A stretch of DNA of 64,000 nucleotides from an uncultured Nitrososphaeraceae archaeon (GTDB lineage: Archaea; Thermoproteota; Nitrososphaeria; Nitrososphaerales; Nitrososphaeraceae). Below the pieces are notes generated by a model. That model was not told the DNA's origin. It made no database searches and saw nothing but the letters and a program-made list of their open reading frames with translations. The DNA lies in the NCBI GenBank assembly GCA_963765895.1, contig CAVXZB010000023.1, forward strand, positions 96,001 to 160,000, read 5' to 3'. Made by a program: the position numbers and the translations under genes. Of the stretch, positions 1-12,893 are shown one piece after another; position 1 is the stretch's first letter; each line of letters starts with the position of its first letter.

Positions 1-454
1 CAATTATGTTGGATCCGACAAACTAGGTTGAGGACGCTTAAATACAATAGATTATGTCATTTTATGCCGATCATTATAGTCTGATAGTAGTTATAGATTA
101 CACTAATTGATAATTTTTTGCCCACTTCCCAATTAGCGAGTTGATAAAATATCCGTCAATATAGTTCATTTTCTAGTGACATACCGCGGAACATCGCGGG
201 GTATTAATCCAGTGCAAATGGATTCCATAGGAGTAGGAGCTATCTCAGACAATATTCTTATTCATAATCATAATGTCTTCCCCATCGGCATATATTACCT
301 AACTCGCGGTTACTGTATTTAATTTTAGATCATTATCCAACGTTTGTTCTTGCAGAATTTGATATTTTCATCTAGCTACTCGAATTGTCTTAATTTGATA
401 TTTTCCTTTCACCATTCATGAAAGGACGATATCTTTCGATTTAACGTATTTTTA

Positions 455-2611
455 TTAGACTCTTTGCTCTTGCACTATCTTGTCAGGCTTCTTATATCGT
501 GGGCCGGCATCTTCTTTGCTACTTCTCCAAATCACATTCGAATATAGCATGCTAGGCACTAGTTTTTTGAACTCAACCCCTTCGCCAATATACCACTTGG
601 GGAACCATTCATATAGATGTAATCTAATTGTCTGAATGTAAACAATCAATCCCTCAATTAACATAATTCCAATGTTCCCACCTATTAGTACTGCAAGCCC
701 GCCTCCATGTAGATACGATTGGTTCACAGTCACTAAGAGGGCAGAATGTACTAGGAGCATTATCCCTAATCTGGTATAGCTGATTATATTTGATAGCATT
801 TCAACTATCCTAACAAGTATCACTTCAATAACGATGCCCATAAACCCTCCACCCTCATCGTGACCATGTTTGGCTCGCCTCTTTCTGTTCTTTCCATCCA
901 CCGTATATCATGATTCCAACAGTCGCAAAAATCACAGGAACTGCTGCCTTTGCTACAATATCCACCGTTACCCATCGGCCAAAAGTATATGACAACCACG
1001 GAACAGGTTCCGTATGAGTGTGGCCAGCAACTCCAAACATACCGATGATATCGTATCCAGAACCTATAGCTGCTAGGTACCGAGTGACACTATTGCGAGA
1101 AATTGAATAATGTTAGGAATATCATGAAACCACACAAAGAGCTTGTTACCGTCTTTAATATCCTTGTGAAGCCTAAGAAAGAATGCCAGGAGCAAATGCA
1201 CAATTCCTATAGCCACTGAGACTTTCAGAATCTTCACTACTTGTACAAATGTTAGCTCTGAAATATTTAAGACGCCAATGAATGGAATATGGGATGTTAT
1301 TGGTGCAAGTACGGCTATTCCGAGGATATGAAAGCCAAAAAATTCACCCGTACCCAAGCCAGCAATGGCAACAGCGGCTCCACTAGCAGCTATAAGAGTG
1401 CCCCATGTAGTAATGGATCCATTACCTCTCTGTTTCAGCAGCATACCCAGCCCGAAAAGCAGCAATCCATGACCTAAATCTGCGAACATTAATCCGAAGA
1501 AAAGAGGCCACACAAAAGCAATAATTGGCGTCGGATCTACCTCATCTGTTCTAGGAGTACCCTGAGTTTCTGTAATCACCTCAAATGTGCGTATATATTT
1601 TTTATTAGTCAGTAGTGTTGGTAACACTAGCTCCTGATTACCTTCATTCACAGTATGAACATGTGCATCCTCGACAACTGAAATGTAATTTTTCGTAAGA
1701 TTATTAAATTTACCCTTCATTTTATCGGGTATATATCCACTGTATAAAGCAAAATTTCTTGTGCCGCCTGGTTTTCTGGTTATTTCTAAGACGTCTTTTG
1801 CAATTTTTGCCGTCTCATGCAATGATAGTAGTTGACTTAAGTTAGATTTTCTTAACTTTTCAATCTTCTTCCCAATTTCAGTAGACTTGACCTCGAGTTC
1901 CTTTACTTTAGTATGAGCTTCTGAATAGGCGACTTTCGGATTTTGGGTGGCGCTGGCAGGTATTTGGACAGGGTGTATACCAAACCCTCTGAGCACCTTT
2001 ACGATTCTTTCTGAATCTTCGGATGTCCCTAGGACTACAATTGATGATTTATCATCAGACAATTTGCTAGTAAAGACTTGAAGATCACCCAAGCTCTTCT
2101 CGATTTCGACGAGGTCCTTAGAGTCTACGACGAATATCTCAGCATAAAAATATTTCAACTCTCTGAATAATGCCAAATTGAGATTCAAATTAGCTGCTAC
2201 TTTTAGGGCACTCTCGATGCTCTTGTGCTCCTCTAACTGCTTTGCTATTATGTTCCGTTCTGCCAAGATCTTTTTTGGCTCATCGAGTATCAATCTTCCT
2301 CTCTCTTCCAAATCTGCTACGACATTCTGAATATCCTTTATGACATACTCGGTTTTTCCCTTTGGCGCTCCCTTGAACATAGTGTCCATAACGCCAGTCT
2401 CTAATGGGATATTCAGTGCTCTTGTTACCTCGTCTATATCTTGAAATTCTTTTTGAGCCTTTAGTAACAAGTCATCTAAAAAAGGATTAGAATGTTCAGA
2501 GGTGTTTGGAAGGGAATGAAACCATTCTAATTCTGCTAACTTGCTCACTACCTCCTGCGTTTCCACTCTAGGCAAGATTACGGTGGCTTTCATCAGTTTG
2601 GCCAGGCCCAT
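455..2611 (-). CDS. atpI: A-type ATP synthase subunit I/a (split into 3 ORFs by apparent indels)
   Basis: ORFs 1073..2611, 855..1040 and 455..901 give consecutive parts: EVDPTP..FFGLMFADLGHG, SNIISYTRL (essential Arg) and IQTIRLHLYEWF. Last gene of the atp cluster. Confidence 0.95.
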
Positions 2612-2773
2612 TTTTACACTTGCTTGTAAACGTAGTCTCTTTAAATTCTTTGCTCTTTCATTTTGAATTTCGGGTGATAGTAATGGTTATCCCTACCAGC
2701 GATGATCGCCACGTGATGCATAACAAAAGCATTTGAATTATTATTTTTTGGCCAAAATTTCGAATCGTTTATT

Positions 2774-3139
2774 CTATTGACCTAGGATGATGAACATCAT
2801 TACAATGCCGTAAATTGCGATGGATTCCACCATACCTACGAAGATGAAAACTCTTGACTGCATTTTTGGATTATCGCTAATTGCCGCTAAACCAGCTGCA
2901 CCAACAAATCCCAAACCTATTCCAGCCCCAGCTCCTGCCAAACCGAAAGCCAGTCCCGCACCGATAAGTTTTGAAGATTGAGCTTGGGCGCCAGCTGCGC
3001 CACCAGCTACGGCTGCCTTTTGTGCGGCCGTTTGTGCGTGGGCCAGTGGAAATTCAGGTACTGCCAAAAACACAAGGGTAAGACTAATTGTAACCGCCAA
3101 AACAGGAACGAGTATACGCTCGCCCGTTTTAATATTCAT
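2774..3139 (-). CDS. atpK: A-type ATP synthase proteolipid subunit K/c with N-terminal leader
   Basis: GAGLAFGLAGAGAGIGLG glycine motif, ion-binding Glu in MVESIAIYG, signal-like leader ending AHA-Q. Confidence 0.95.
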   Translation of the reverse strand: MNIKTGERILVPVLAVTISLTLVFLAVPEFPLAHAQTAAQKAAVAGGAAGAQAQSSKLIGAGLAFGLAGAGAGIGLGFVGAAGLAAISDNPKMQSRVFIFVGMVESIAIYGIVMMFIILGQ

Positions 3140-3260
3140 ACGGTTTCGAGATCAGATGCCCTATTTAATTATAACTAAATTGATCAAGAGTTTTTAAAAG
3201 GACATCGAATAGTAGTTAAAATAATCCCTAAAATTTTAGTATACTACTAACTCGTAACCT

Positions 3261-3914
3261 TTATTCGTGGTACGAACTTGATTTTTTTCTATCCAGGACG
3301 ACTTTTACCTTCTTTAGACGCACAAATTCTTCCCTTTCACGTTCTTCTAATGTGGACCGGATAAAGGAAATTGCGTGCTCGTATTGAGGGATAATTACGT
3401 ATTCCAGTGCATTGATAAGTTTCTGAGTCCGTTCTAACTCTTTAGCTAGGCTAAAGATCGCGTTCTCGTATTCGGCAGCTTTGCATATTTTCGGAAGGAT
3501 ATTTTTAATCAGCTTGGCCGCCTTGTCCACTGAAGAGTTCGTTTCAATGAACCCGTACGACAGCTCCTGACCACCTTCCCTGGTCTTTACCTGAAGAGTT
3601 GGTATTTTTACGTCAACAATCCTTCTCACGTTAACATCTACCTCCATCACGCTAGGCGTGGAATCAGCGATTGATTCCAGAGTAGTTGTGCCCAATGACA
3701 TGTACGAATCATAGACTGAAGTGTAAATTTGGCCAAGTGGTCTCCAAATATCGCTTCTCGCCTTGTTTGCTTCCTCGATCATTTCATCTATCTTTTTTAG
3801 AAGTACCTCTCGTTTATCATCCAATATTTTGTGAACCATTTTTCCTACATGCAGCGAACGTCTGATCTTTATCAGCTCGATCTTTGTGGCTATAACTCGG
3901 CCCCCGAAGGACAT
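3261..3914 (-). CDS. atpD: A-type ATP synthase subunit D
   Basis: TKIELIK..KILDDKR, INALEYVIIP, LEEREREEFVRLK motifs. Confidence 0.96.
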   Translation of the reverse strand: MSFGGRVIATKIELIKIRRSLHVGKMVHKILDDKREVLLKKIDEMIEEANKARSDIWRPLGQIYTSVYDSYMSLGTTTLESIADSTPSVMEVDVNVRRIVDVKIPTLQVKTREGGQELSYGFIETNSSVDKAAKLIKNILPKICKAAEYENAIFSLAKELERTQKLINALEYVIIPQYEHAISFIRSTLEEREREEFVRLKKVKVVLDRKKSSSYHE

Positions 3915-3920
3915 TGGATA

Positions 3921-5310
3921 TTATGACTTCCCCTTGTAGTATTGCCTGACATTCTTTTCTTTTATTTTGGTTAATTCACCTTCAGGCAGTGAGGAAAGGA
4001 CATCCCATGCCCTGCTCATAGTCTCTTCTAACGTCCTATTCTCATCATGATTTTGTTTTAAAAAGTGACTTTCAAATAAATCACCTGCCTCAAGATATTT
4101 GAGATCAACACCAGTCAAACCAGCTTTACCTACAATTTCTGCGAGGGCTCTTACTTCTTGTGCTCTCGAATAGGCATCGTACAACTGATTTCCAACTTCC
4201 ATATGATCCGCTCTAGTCTTACCTTCCCCTACACCATCCTTCATTAGTCTTGACAAGGACATGAGCACGTTTACTGATGGATAGATTCCTTTTCTAAATA
4301 AATCTCTACCAAGAACAATTTGTCCCTCTGTAATATAACCAGTTAAATCCGGTATCGGATGAGTAATGTCATCAGCTGGCATTGACAAGATAGGAACTTG
4401 AGTCACGCTGCCATCCTTTCCCTTTATTCTTCCTGCACGTTCGTAGTTATTAGCTAGATCTGTGTAGAGATATCCAGGATATCCCTTTCTGCCAGGTACT
4501 TCTTCCCTAGCAGCGCTAATCTCTCGTAAGGCTTCAGCATAGTTAGTCATGTCAGTCAAAATAGCTAGAACATGCATCCCCAAATCAAATGCAAGATATT
4601 CAGCCACAGTTAGGGCCACCCTAGGCGTGATGATTCTTTCGATCGCAGGATCATCCGCCAAGTTAAGAAATAGTACGCTACGACGCAAGGCCCCTGACTC
4701 TTCTAGACTCCGCTTGAAATACTGAGCCTCAGAGGTACTGCACTCCAATGGCCGCAAATACTACTGCAAAATCTTCCTTAGTTCCCACAACAGTGGCCTG
4801 GCGCGCAATCTGAGCAGCCAATATATTGTGCGGCATCCCGGAGCCAGAGAATATTGGCAGTTTTTGTCCTCTTACCAATGTGAGCATTCCATCGATTACC
4901 GACACACCGGTTTGAATGAATGACGTGGGATATTCTCTTCTTTCCGGATTCATAGGCTCCCCATTAACATCTATGAACCTATCTGCAACAGGTTCAGGCA
5001 ATGAATCATTTGGCCTACCTAGACCGTCAAAAACCCTTCCTAGCAACTCTTGGGAAACAGGCATGGTCATAGTCTTTCCGAGGAATTTTGCCTTCGTCCC
5101 CGAAATTGCAAGGCCTGTAGTACCTTCAAATACTTGAACAACGGCCTTGCCAAATCCAACTTCCAGGACTCTACCCAATCGTCGCTCTCCGTCGGCTGAT
5201 TCGATTTCGACAAGCTCATCAAATGAGGCTTTTGTAATGTCATCAATTACCATAAGTGGGCCTTTAATCTCTGCAACTTTGGTATACTCTATTCCTACAG
5301 TTTCAGACAA
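3921..5310 (-). CDS. atpB: A-type ATP synthase subunit B (frameshift near 4735)
   Basis: [12 protein letters not shown] in 4729..5310; [25 protein letters not shown] and [15 protein letters not shown] in 3921..4757. Confidence 0.97.
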
Positions 5311-7087
5311 CTACCTTCGCCTCCTCTCGTGAAATACCGTGAAACTCCTCAGACAGTCTATTATCCAGATTATCGAGCTTTGAGACCTGATCGTCAGGTA
5401 TTTCAAATTTAGCCTTTAAGAGAGTAGTGATGATTGGTAAAGCCCGTATATCAGTCAAAGGAATACCTTCTCTAAGAGCCTTTTGAGATTCCTTGTAGAA
5501 TTTAATCATTAATCTTACTAATTTCAATTGCTTTTCAGGGCTGCAATAGGTGTCAACATTATCAAAGGAGTTTTGTTGTAGTATTCCAATTTTGATCATC
5601 CTTGCGAGTTCCAGGATTAATTTTTCTTCGTCCGGAAGGGCTTCTGGTCCCAATAGTCGAACTATCTCTTTTAATGTGTCCTCCCTTTGCAAAATTTCAT
5701 AAGATTGGGCCCTAAGTTCATACCAGTCTGCGCTAACATTTTGCTTCCACCACTTCGATACATCTTCTAAATATCCCGAGTAGGACTGCATCCAATTGAT
5801 AGATGGATAGTGTCTAGAGTAAGCTAGCCTTGTGTCCAACGCCCAAAACGTCTTGATGAATCTAATGGTGTGGGTTGTTACCGGTTCAGTAAAATCTGCT
5901 CCAGAAGGTGACACTGCGCCTACTATCGTGACTGATCCTGCTCTCTCAGGAGAGCCTAAGGCCCTTACACGACCGGCTCTTTCATAGAACTCTGCAAGTC
6001 TTGAGGCCAGATATGATGGATATCCTTCTTCGGCTGGCATTTCCTCAAGTCGGCCGGACATCTCCCTTAATGCTTCTGCCCATCTACTTGTAGAGTCAGC
6101 AACAAGGACAACATCAAATCCCATATCACGATAGTACTCTGCAATAGTTACACCGGTATAGATAGATGCTTCCCTAGCGGCAACAGGCATGTTACTCGTA
6201 TTCGCAACAAGCACGGTTCTCTCCATTAGTGGTCTGCCTGACCGTGGATCAATTAAATGAGGAAATTCTACAAGTACTTCAGTCATCTCGTTACCTCTTT
6301 CTCCGCAGCCAATGTAAACTACAACTTTTGAATCGGCCCATTTGGCAATTTGATGTAATGTAACGGTCTTGCCTGTTCCAAATCCTCCTGGGATAGCTCC
6401 TGTCCCTCCCTTCGCAATGGGAAAGTAGGTATCAATTATACGTTGTCCGGTGATAAGTGGTACCGACGGGTCATATCTCTCAGCGTAAGGTCTGGGCTTT
6501 CTGACAGGCCATCTGTGGTACATGCTCAACTCTGTCTTGTACCCACTTCGTTCAGTATTCGCTATAACTTGATTTACATCATAGTCTCCCTCACTTGCCA
6601 TATCACGTATCGTTCCTCCACGATGGTTTGGAGGAACTAAGATACTATGAGTCAGTAACGGCGTTTCCTGCACGGTCCCGAGAATAGAACCTGGTTGTAC
6701 CGTCTCCCCTTTCTTTGCCTGCGGAACGAATTTGTATTTTTTCTTCATATCGACTGGGGTGGTCGCAATCCCTCTTCCGATAAAATCTCCCGTCTTTTGG
6801 GCCATTTCGACAAGTGGCCGTTGGATCCCGTCATAAATTCTACCAATAACTCCTGGTCCCAAAAGCACGGATAGCGGTTGACCAGTACCTACCACTGGTT
6901 CGCCAGGCTTTAATCCAGACGTAGATTCATAAACTTGCACAAATCCAACGTCTCCTGTTAATCTAATTACTTCCCCAATTAGTTTTGACTCTCCTACTTC
7001 GACGGTCTCATACATCTTAGTCGTAGACATACCATCTGCCTTAACGGCTGGACCACTGACCCAAACAATACTGCCTCTGGCAACCAT
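5303..7087 (-). CDS. atpA: A-type ATP synthase subunit A
   Basis: Walker [40 protein letters not shown]. No intein. Confidence 0.98.
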   Translation of the reverse strand: MVARGSIVWVSGPAVKADGMSTTKMYETVEVGESKLIGEVIRLTGDVGFVQVYESTSGLKPGEPVVGTGQPLSVLLGPGVIGRIYDGIQRPLVEMAQKTGDFIGRGIATTPVDMKKKYKFVPQAKKGETVQPGSILGTVQETPLLTHSILVPPNHRGGTIRDMASEGDYDVNQVIANTERSGYKTELSMYHRWPVRKPRPYAERYDPSVPLITGQRIIDTYFPIAKGGTGAIPGGFGTGKTVTLHQIAKWADSKVVVYIGCGERGNEMTEVLVEFPHLIDPRSGRPLMERTVLVANTSNMPVAAREASIYTGVTIAEYYRDMGFDVVLVADSTSRWAEALREMSGRLEEMPAEEGYPSYLASRLAEFYERAGRVRALGSPERAGSVTIVGAVSPSGADFTEPVTTHTIRFIKTFWALDTRLAYSRHYPSINWMQSYSGYLEDVSKWWKQNVSADWYELRAQSYEILQREDTLKEIVRLLGPEALPDEEKLILELARMIKIGILQQNSFDNVDTYCSPEKQLKLVRLMIKFYKESQKALREGIPLTDIRALPIITTLLKAKFEIPDDQVSKLDNLDNRLSEEFHGISREEAKVVV

Positions 7088-7091
7088 AATC

Positions 7092-7706
7092 TTAACCCTC
7101 TCCTCTTAGCATCTGGACAATACTTTTCCTTATTAAAGGTTTGAGTCTTTCAATTCTAGAATCCAATGTTCCGTCGTAGGTCAGCGAAAGATCAGCTGAT
7201 CTGACACGTACCCCACCAATAACATCTACCGGTTTTTCACTTAATGTCAATTTGATTTTTTTCTGTCTATCGGAGAAGGCAGTCAATTTTTTGACCAATT
7301 CCATATCAGTCTTGCTGCATTCAACGATCATGTCATCTTTCCCTATAGCCGACAAACCTTCATCGAGTAGCCTATTCATTAATTGCTTGTAATTTTCATC
7401 TTTTCCTACAGAACGCAATGCTACTTTTGCCTTTTCGAACACTTCGTTAACCGCTGCCTCGACTAATAATAATTGCTTGTTTCTCGCATTCAATCTAGTC
7501 GAACCAATTATCTGTCTTTTCAAATTATCCGCTTGCTTCTTGGCTGCATCAATAATCCTCTCGTAATCGGATTCTATCGATGTCCTAGATGATTCTAGAT
7601 TATTCATTGATTCATGGTAAGCCGAGTCAATCTGTGTAATCAAATCTGACTCCTTCTGGGATAAAACCTTATTTACAGTCCGTTCAAGAGTTGAATTTGA
7701 ACTCAT
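7092..7706 (-). CDS. atpE: A-type ATP synthase subunit E
   Basis: Coiled-coil N-terminus, [16 protein letters not shown]-terminus, immediately upstream of atpA. ATG at 7706 preferred over TTG at 7724. Confidence 0.93.
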   Translation of the reverse strand: MSSNSTLERTVNKVLSQKESDLITQIDSAYHESMNNLESSRTSIESDYERIIDAAKKQADNLKRQIIGSTRLNARNKQLLLVEAAVNEVFEKAKVALRSVGKDENYKQLMNRLLDEGLSAIGKDDMIVECSKTDMELVKKLTAFSDRQKKIKLTLSEKPVDVIGGVRVRSADLSLTYDGTLDSRIERLKPLIRKSIVQMLRGEG

Positions 7707-7897
7707 ATTAACTGTTTTTCGCAAAAATACGTGATTTTAATCTTTTGATATGAATATCAGCTTAATAATTACTAAAAGCATCGCCTCGCTTTAGTATTTT
7801 AGATTACTAAAGATCATTAATTAATTATCTAATGTTATCAAAAATAGTAGATTTTGCCTTTTCGATTACCTTATGATAAACCACATTCGGTCTTGCG

Positions 7898-8408
7898 CTA
7901 CACTTCGCTATTTAGTCTTGCCCCAATCAGCTTTGCCATCTTTTTTAGATGCTGAAAATGACTACCTTTCCAAAAGCACTTATTACAACAGTGTGCATTG
8001 GAAAATCTCTTTGTATTGCCTTCTTATCCGAGGTGGTATTGAATTGCTTTCTATTTCTCTAGTCCTCTTGGGTTCCAAAAATCCATTGCATGAAACGCAA
8101 CGAGAGCAGTTAGTATCCAAATCTACTGCTTTAATACCGTATTTTACAAATATGTAGATGATGTTATCTAAATCAGTGCTCCCGTCTAGTAGGGCTCCGT
8201 ATCCTCCGACTTTAAGAATTCTTTTGAATAGTTCCTTATCACAAGTAAGTATGACTCTATCGTGTTTGGTGGCTATGTCCAAAATCTCATCATCACTAAT
8301 ATCGCGAATATACAATGTATCAAAGCCGAGTACACGCAATTTGCGGGCCATACTGCCGAGCATAGCATCGGCAAAAAAGGTTAGCTTAATTTTAGCTGGG
8401 TGTTTCAG
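7898..8408 (-). CDS. Mut7-C RNase (PIN-like) domain protein with Zn ribbon; frameshift near 7990
   Basis: FFADAMLGSMARKLRVLGFDT, RVILTCDKEL, SRCVSCNG. Removing one base gives FQCTCCNKCFWKGSH and a stop at 7898. Start uncertain. Confidence 0.88.
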
Positions 8409-8979
8409 CTCTACATTCTTCACATGTAAAAGTTCCTTCCTGATACTGTAATAGATCAGACCATTCACCGCATTCATCACAGTATCCTGATATATCATTT
8501 GCCGAACGACCAATTTCGCCTCTAATAATGGCGGCTTTCTCGGAAATTACGTCTACCAAATCTGGTGTAACAGCAATAACATCAGATGCGGAAATGATTC
8601 CAACTAATCTACCCTTGTAAACTACGCCCAATCTCTTAATTCTATTTTGACGAAGCACTCTAGCGGCCTCAGTAACTCCATCCTCTCCTTCAATAGTGTA
8701 CAATTTCTGCATCACATCTTTGGCTTTAATCGAACTTGGTCTCACGTCCTTAATCACTGCGTTTGAAACTATGTCCCAATCCGTGACAATGCCATCTGGA
8801 TCACCATTTCTATCAGTGACCACAATGCTACCAACCCGCTCATTTTTCATTTTTATGGCAAGATCATTAATTGTTGTCTCAGCAGAGGCTGAAACTACAG
8901 GACTATTCATAATATCTCGGACAAGCACACGCGTTATCATATTTGCATCTCTATGTCGCTCAGTGGGTTTCTTTACCAC
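8392..8979 (-). CDS. Tandem CBS-domain protein with C-terminal zinc ribbon
   Basis: LVRDIMNSPVV, GIVTDWDIV, LVGIISASDV; C-terminal GYCDECG...CEEC. Confidence 0.92.
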   Translation of the reverse strand: MVKKPTERHRDANMITRVLVRDIMNSPVVSASAETTINDLAIKMKNERVGSIVVTDRNGDPDGIVTDWDIVSNAVIKDVRPSSIKAKDVMQKLYTIEGEDGVTEAARVLRQNRIKRLGVVYKGRLVGIISASDVIAVTPDLVDVISEKAAIIRGEIGRSANDISGYCDECGEWSDLLQYQEGTFTCEECRAETPS

Positions 8980-9002
8980 GATAGTGAATTATGATTATCG
9001 CT

Positions 9003-11071
9003 TTAATTACTTTCCTGATCTAGTCCAATCTCTTGCTTAACAATTGATAAATCAGGCACAGCCCGTAGCTTAGCCTCTCCTTTAATTGTTTGAGAAATTT
9101 TCGACTTGCCAGCTGGGAGCATCGTGATTATCTCGTCATAAGAAATCGCCTTTACGTATGAGGAAAGCTCTTCTGCCTCGTTTTGATTAGTATATTTGGT
9201 CTCATTGCTGGCGCGGTAAAGCTCATTCTTTAGTTTCTTTGTAATCTCCATTGGGTCATATCCTCCGGGAAGCAGAATACAGTAGAGGACCGATTTTTCC
9301 CTTATGGCATTTACAGGTCCACATACAAATGAATATTGATTATTTACAACCATAACGCCGGCTGCAAGCCGGATTTCATTGCCTTTCATGTAATTCCTCT
9401 TTCCTTCAATTACAAATGAGCCTTTTGGTAGGTACTGCCCTGAAGGAGCTCCTTTTCTTATTTGCCCTGGCAGGACCCAATAGGAATCTGCAGTAGACAA
9501 TCCATCTTTCCATGCTCTGCTGTAAGAAACTGTGGCTTGAGCAACCTCTAGTAGACTAGTTTGCGAAACGGAAATCCTGCCATTCTTGATAATAAAAAAT
9601 GGTGAACCGTGAACTTCAGCGTGGAAAACAAGATCTTGTTCGGTAAGGTACTTGCGTATAATAGCGGAGTTGGAAGAGGCATCTCTACCACCTATAGCAA
9701 GGAACCCATCACTTGTAATGAACCAACGGTATCGCTCATACCATTCCTTTTCTCTCTGCTGTTTAACAAAAGTGTGCTTTTTGTGTATGGAATCAGCCTG
9801 ATTGCTCAATTTGTGAATGTTGAGCTGAAGTTTGTCCTTAGCCTCTTCTATCGAAGACCCTCCACGTTCCATTTCCTTTGCTCTAGCAAAAAGGGATGAA
9901 GCCGTTTTTGCTACGTTAGGCTCAAGTAGCACAAGTTCATCAGCCACTTTCACATACTTTTTTCCCTTTGAACTAACGATTGAAGCAGACATAGAAGCCA
10001 GCAATGTTCCTAGAGATTCTGAGTGGTTGGTCTCAATCGGCTGGTGGTACGAATAAGTCATCAATGCGAGCAGCCAATGTTCTAATTTCTGTAGCTTTCA
10101 AAATGACTAGGTCTTTGGCCTTCTCCTGTTCAGCTATGTCATGTTTTAAGGCGAGCAATCTGCTTATCAATATCGCCTGTTTGAGTATTTTTCCCTGTAC
10201 TGATAATGTTGTTACTAAGTACTATATCAAGTGCTTCCATGTACCAAGGAACCTTCTTTACAGATAGTCCTTCAGCACAGACACTGTCGATATCATTCGG
10301 GCATATGGGCAGAGCTTCCAAATATCTTCCCGCCTTATCTGAAATTATGACAGGCGTATGATTTGTACCCGTACTTACACTCATAACCAGCTCGTTCAAA
10401 CTTGTATATATATTCGACAAATCTGCGTCAGATATATCAGCTGAGCTTTTTCCCCTCCACATTGGCCGAATGAACGATTTCCTCCACAAATTTTTTGGGT
10501 AGAGACATAGTTCTTCCTATCCATCTCGATACTTCCAAGTCTTGGGCAGCCTCGTTTCTGAGAGATTTGAATAACTCTGGATTAATATTAAATACATCTG
10601 TCCCTCGCGATGGGGGGGAGAATACCGCAAACCAATCTTTAGTATCCTGTGTCGTACTTCTACACGATTCAAAATCGAGATTATTTGAAAGTCTTTATCG
10701 CAAAGAATTAAATTTCCATCCCTAAAAAATTCCAAGACTAGAATATCCTGTTTACCCTCTAAACTACTAAATTTGATAATAACAATTCGTTCATTATCAA
10801 TATGTTCGACTGACTCTACCTTGGATCTTTCAAGTTCTCTCCTAAATGTGTCTAGTAATGTACTTTCCTCTAGGGACTTGAATTTGAGCTTTGTAAGCCA
10901 TATTCCCTGTGTCGAAATCATTAGAATGATTTCTTTCTCTGTTGAATGGTGTAATCTAAAGAGAAATGAGTTTTTTGTAACTGTGTTGATAGAACTTACA
11001 TAATATCCGGATTTTAAAGTCATATTTATCTGGTTGACTATATATCGAAGCTCAAGTCCCGATAATTCCAT
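9003..11071 (-). CDS. rqcH: Ribosome quality control Rqc2/NEMF (NFACT) protein, split by frameshifts
   Basis: N-terminal NERIV..LEFF..GNLIL (NFACT-N); C-terminal WYERYRWFITSDG..GGRDA..N, FHAEVHGSP, YSRAW, PSGQYLPKGSFVI. ORFs 10517..11071, 10139..10489 and 9003..10064. Confidence 0.92.
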
Positions 11072-11200
11072 CTTACATATATCACAAATCTATCACAAAT
11101 ATTAATTAAAATGACATATACACATAATGTCCTGTGCATTTAGTCATGATGGGACCGCAAGGAATTAAACCGAGTGAAATTAACCAGACATGTAATCTAA

Positions 11201-11497
11201 TTGGATCCGCTTGATCGAGTATTTTATATGAGGGCAATCGTGGGGTTAATAGCAGGCATAATCACCGGATTCATAATCGTTCCCGGCACAAGCCAGGGTA
11301 ATGCAATAGGAATAGCGGTTATGATAGCAATTTTTTTCTACATCATAACTTATATGATTAGTAAACGATTAGCAGTGGGTGTACCTAGAAGCGAAAGACG
11401 AAAGCTTGCTACAAACGGGATCTTTCCATTCATCTTTCTGTTACTAATGTTCATGATATTTGTATACACTGGACTTCATCAGGGGCTTGCACGTTAG
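11201..11497 (+). CDS. Small membrane protein (about 3 TM)
   Basis: Hydrophobic 98-aa ORF at the head of the cbi cluster, divergent from rqcH. Confidence 0.75.
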   Translation: MDPLDRVFYMRAIVGLIAGIITGFIIVPGTSQGNAIGIAVMIAIFFYIITYMISKRLAVGVPRSERRKLATNGIFPFIFLLLMFMIFVYTGLHQGLAR

Positions 11498-11526
11498 AAT
11501 ATATGCATATGACATGAGAATATGCT

Positions 11527-12114
11527 ATGTCATGGGAATTCTCGACTCCAGGTATTCCTGATGAGCTATTTGAAAGGGATGAATTGGTCCCTATAACAAA
11601 AGAGGACATAAGATCACTTGTCATCAGCAAACTTCGTCTAAAACATGGATTTACTGCGATTGATATTGGCTGTGGTAGTGGAAGCATAACCGTCGAGCTC
11701 TGCATTCAGACAAAGGGGGATAATATATACAGTATCGATTTTGACCAAAGAGCCGTAGAATTGACCAAGAGAAATCTTGAGAAATTTGGGCTAAATTCTA
11801 ACGTGGTCCTGTCCAAGGCTGAAAGTATACTGCGTTCCCTCCCTAAAGTAGATGCGGTAGTTGTAGGTGGGACATGGGGGAACACCGAACAAATCATTGA
11901 AATGGCAATAGAAAGACTAAAAATCGGTGGAAGAATAGTTGTCGACACTATCTTACTTGAAACAATGTATAAAGCGTTAAATGCATTTGAGAGGTCAGAC
12001 TTACAGGAAGTTGATGTAACTCAAGTTATAATTGCCAAAGCAAAAAAGGTAAGTAAAGGGACAATGATGATTGCAAGAAATCCTGTTCTAATTCTTTCAG
12101 CTACTCGAAGCTGA
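11527..12114 (+). CDS. cbiT: Precorrin-6Y C15-methyltransferase (decarboxylating) subunit CbiT
   Basis: PGIPDELF..PITKEDIR, SAM motif DIGCGSGSITVE, ARNPV. Confidence 0.95.
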   Translation: MSWEFSTPGIPDELFERDELVPITKEDIRSLVISKLRLKHGFTAIDIGCGSGSITVELCIQTKGDNIYSIDFDQRAVELTKRNLEKFGLNSNVVLSKAESILRSLPKVDAVVVGGTWGNTEQIIEMAIERLKIGGRIVVDTILLETMYKALNAFERSDLQEVDVTQVIIAKAKKVSKGTMMIARNPVLILSATRS

Positions 12115-12170
12115 CTAAGAAGCAAAAAATGTTTTTGGTTTAAATAACTCAGCTTTTAAAGTTCAATCAA

Positions 12171-12893
12171 ATGAAACTATTCTGCGTCGGATGTGGACCG
12201 GGTGATCCAGATTTGCTTACTCTTAGAGCTATTGAGTTAATAAAAAATGCAGATGTAATTTTTACACCCACAGCAAGGGAGGGAAAGCCCAGTATAGCGT
12301 TAAGTGTAGTAAAAAAATATATAATGAAATCTACTGAGATTGTTACTCTAACTTTCCCAATGCTAAAAGATTTTGGCTTGCTAAGGGATCATTGGAAGAA
12401 CAATACTGAAAAAATAGTAAATGCTGTTATATCCGGCAAAAGAGTGGCGTATTTGACAATTGGAGACCCTGCACTTTATAGCACGTGGATCTATATTCAA
12501 AGAGAATTAGAGAAAACGTATCCAGAAATAGAAATAAACATCGTCCCTGGTATCACTTCTTTTTTTGCTTTTGGAGCAAAGGCAAAGTTAAGCCTTGCTG
12601 AAGGAGATCAGACAGTTGGAATCATTCCGGCGTGCTATGATCTGAGTAAAGTCAAAAAAGCTGCTGAATCCTGTGATACTCTAATATTCCTTAAGGATGG
12701 TCGCTACTTCGATAGCGTGATTGAGATGTTATCTGATGCTGGTTTTAAAGAAGATTCCATTATTGCCATAGCACAGGATTTATCATCGGAAGGAGAAGTG
12801 ATGTTATTGAATAAGCTCGAAGACCTGCGAAAATCTAAAGGTACCACCCAGAAATATTTTTCGGTGATGGTGGCGAAGAAAAGAAATGATTGA
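12171..12893 (+). CDS. cbiL: (Cobalt-)precorrin-2 C20-methyltransferase
   Basis: GCGPGDPDLLT, FPM, LTIGDPALYST, VPGITS, YFSVM. Confidence 0.93.
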   Translation: MKLFCVGCGPGDPDLLTLRAIELIKNADVIFTPTAREGKPSIALSVVKKYIMKSTEIVTLTFPMLKDFGLLRDHWKNNTEKIVNAVISGKRVAYLTIGDPALYSTWIYIQRELEKTYPEIEINIVPGITSFFAFGAKAKLSLAEGDQTVGIIPACYDLSKVKKAAESCDTLIFLKDGRYFDSVIEMLSDAGFKEDSIIAIAQDLSSEGEVMLLNKLEDLRKSKGTTQKYFSVMVAKKRND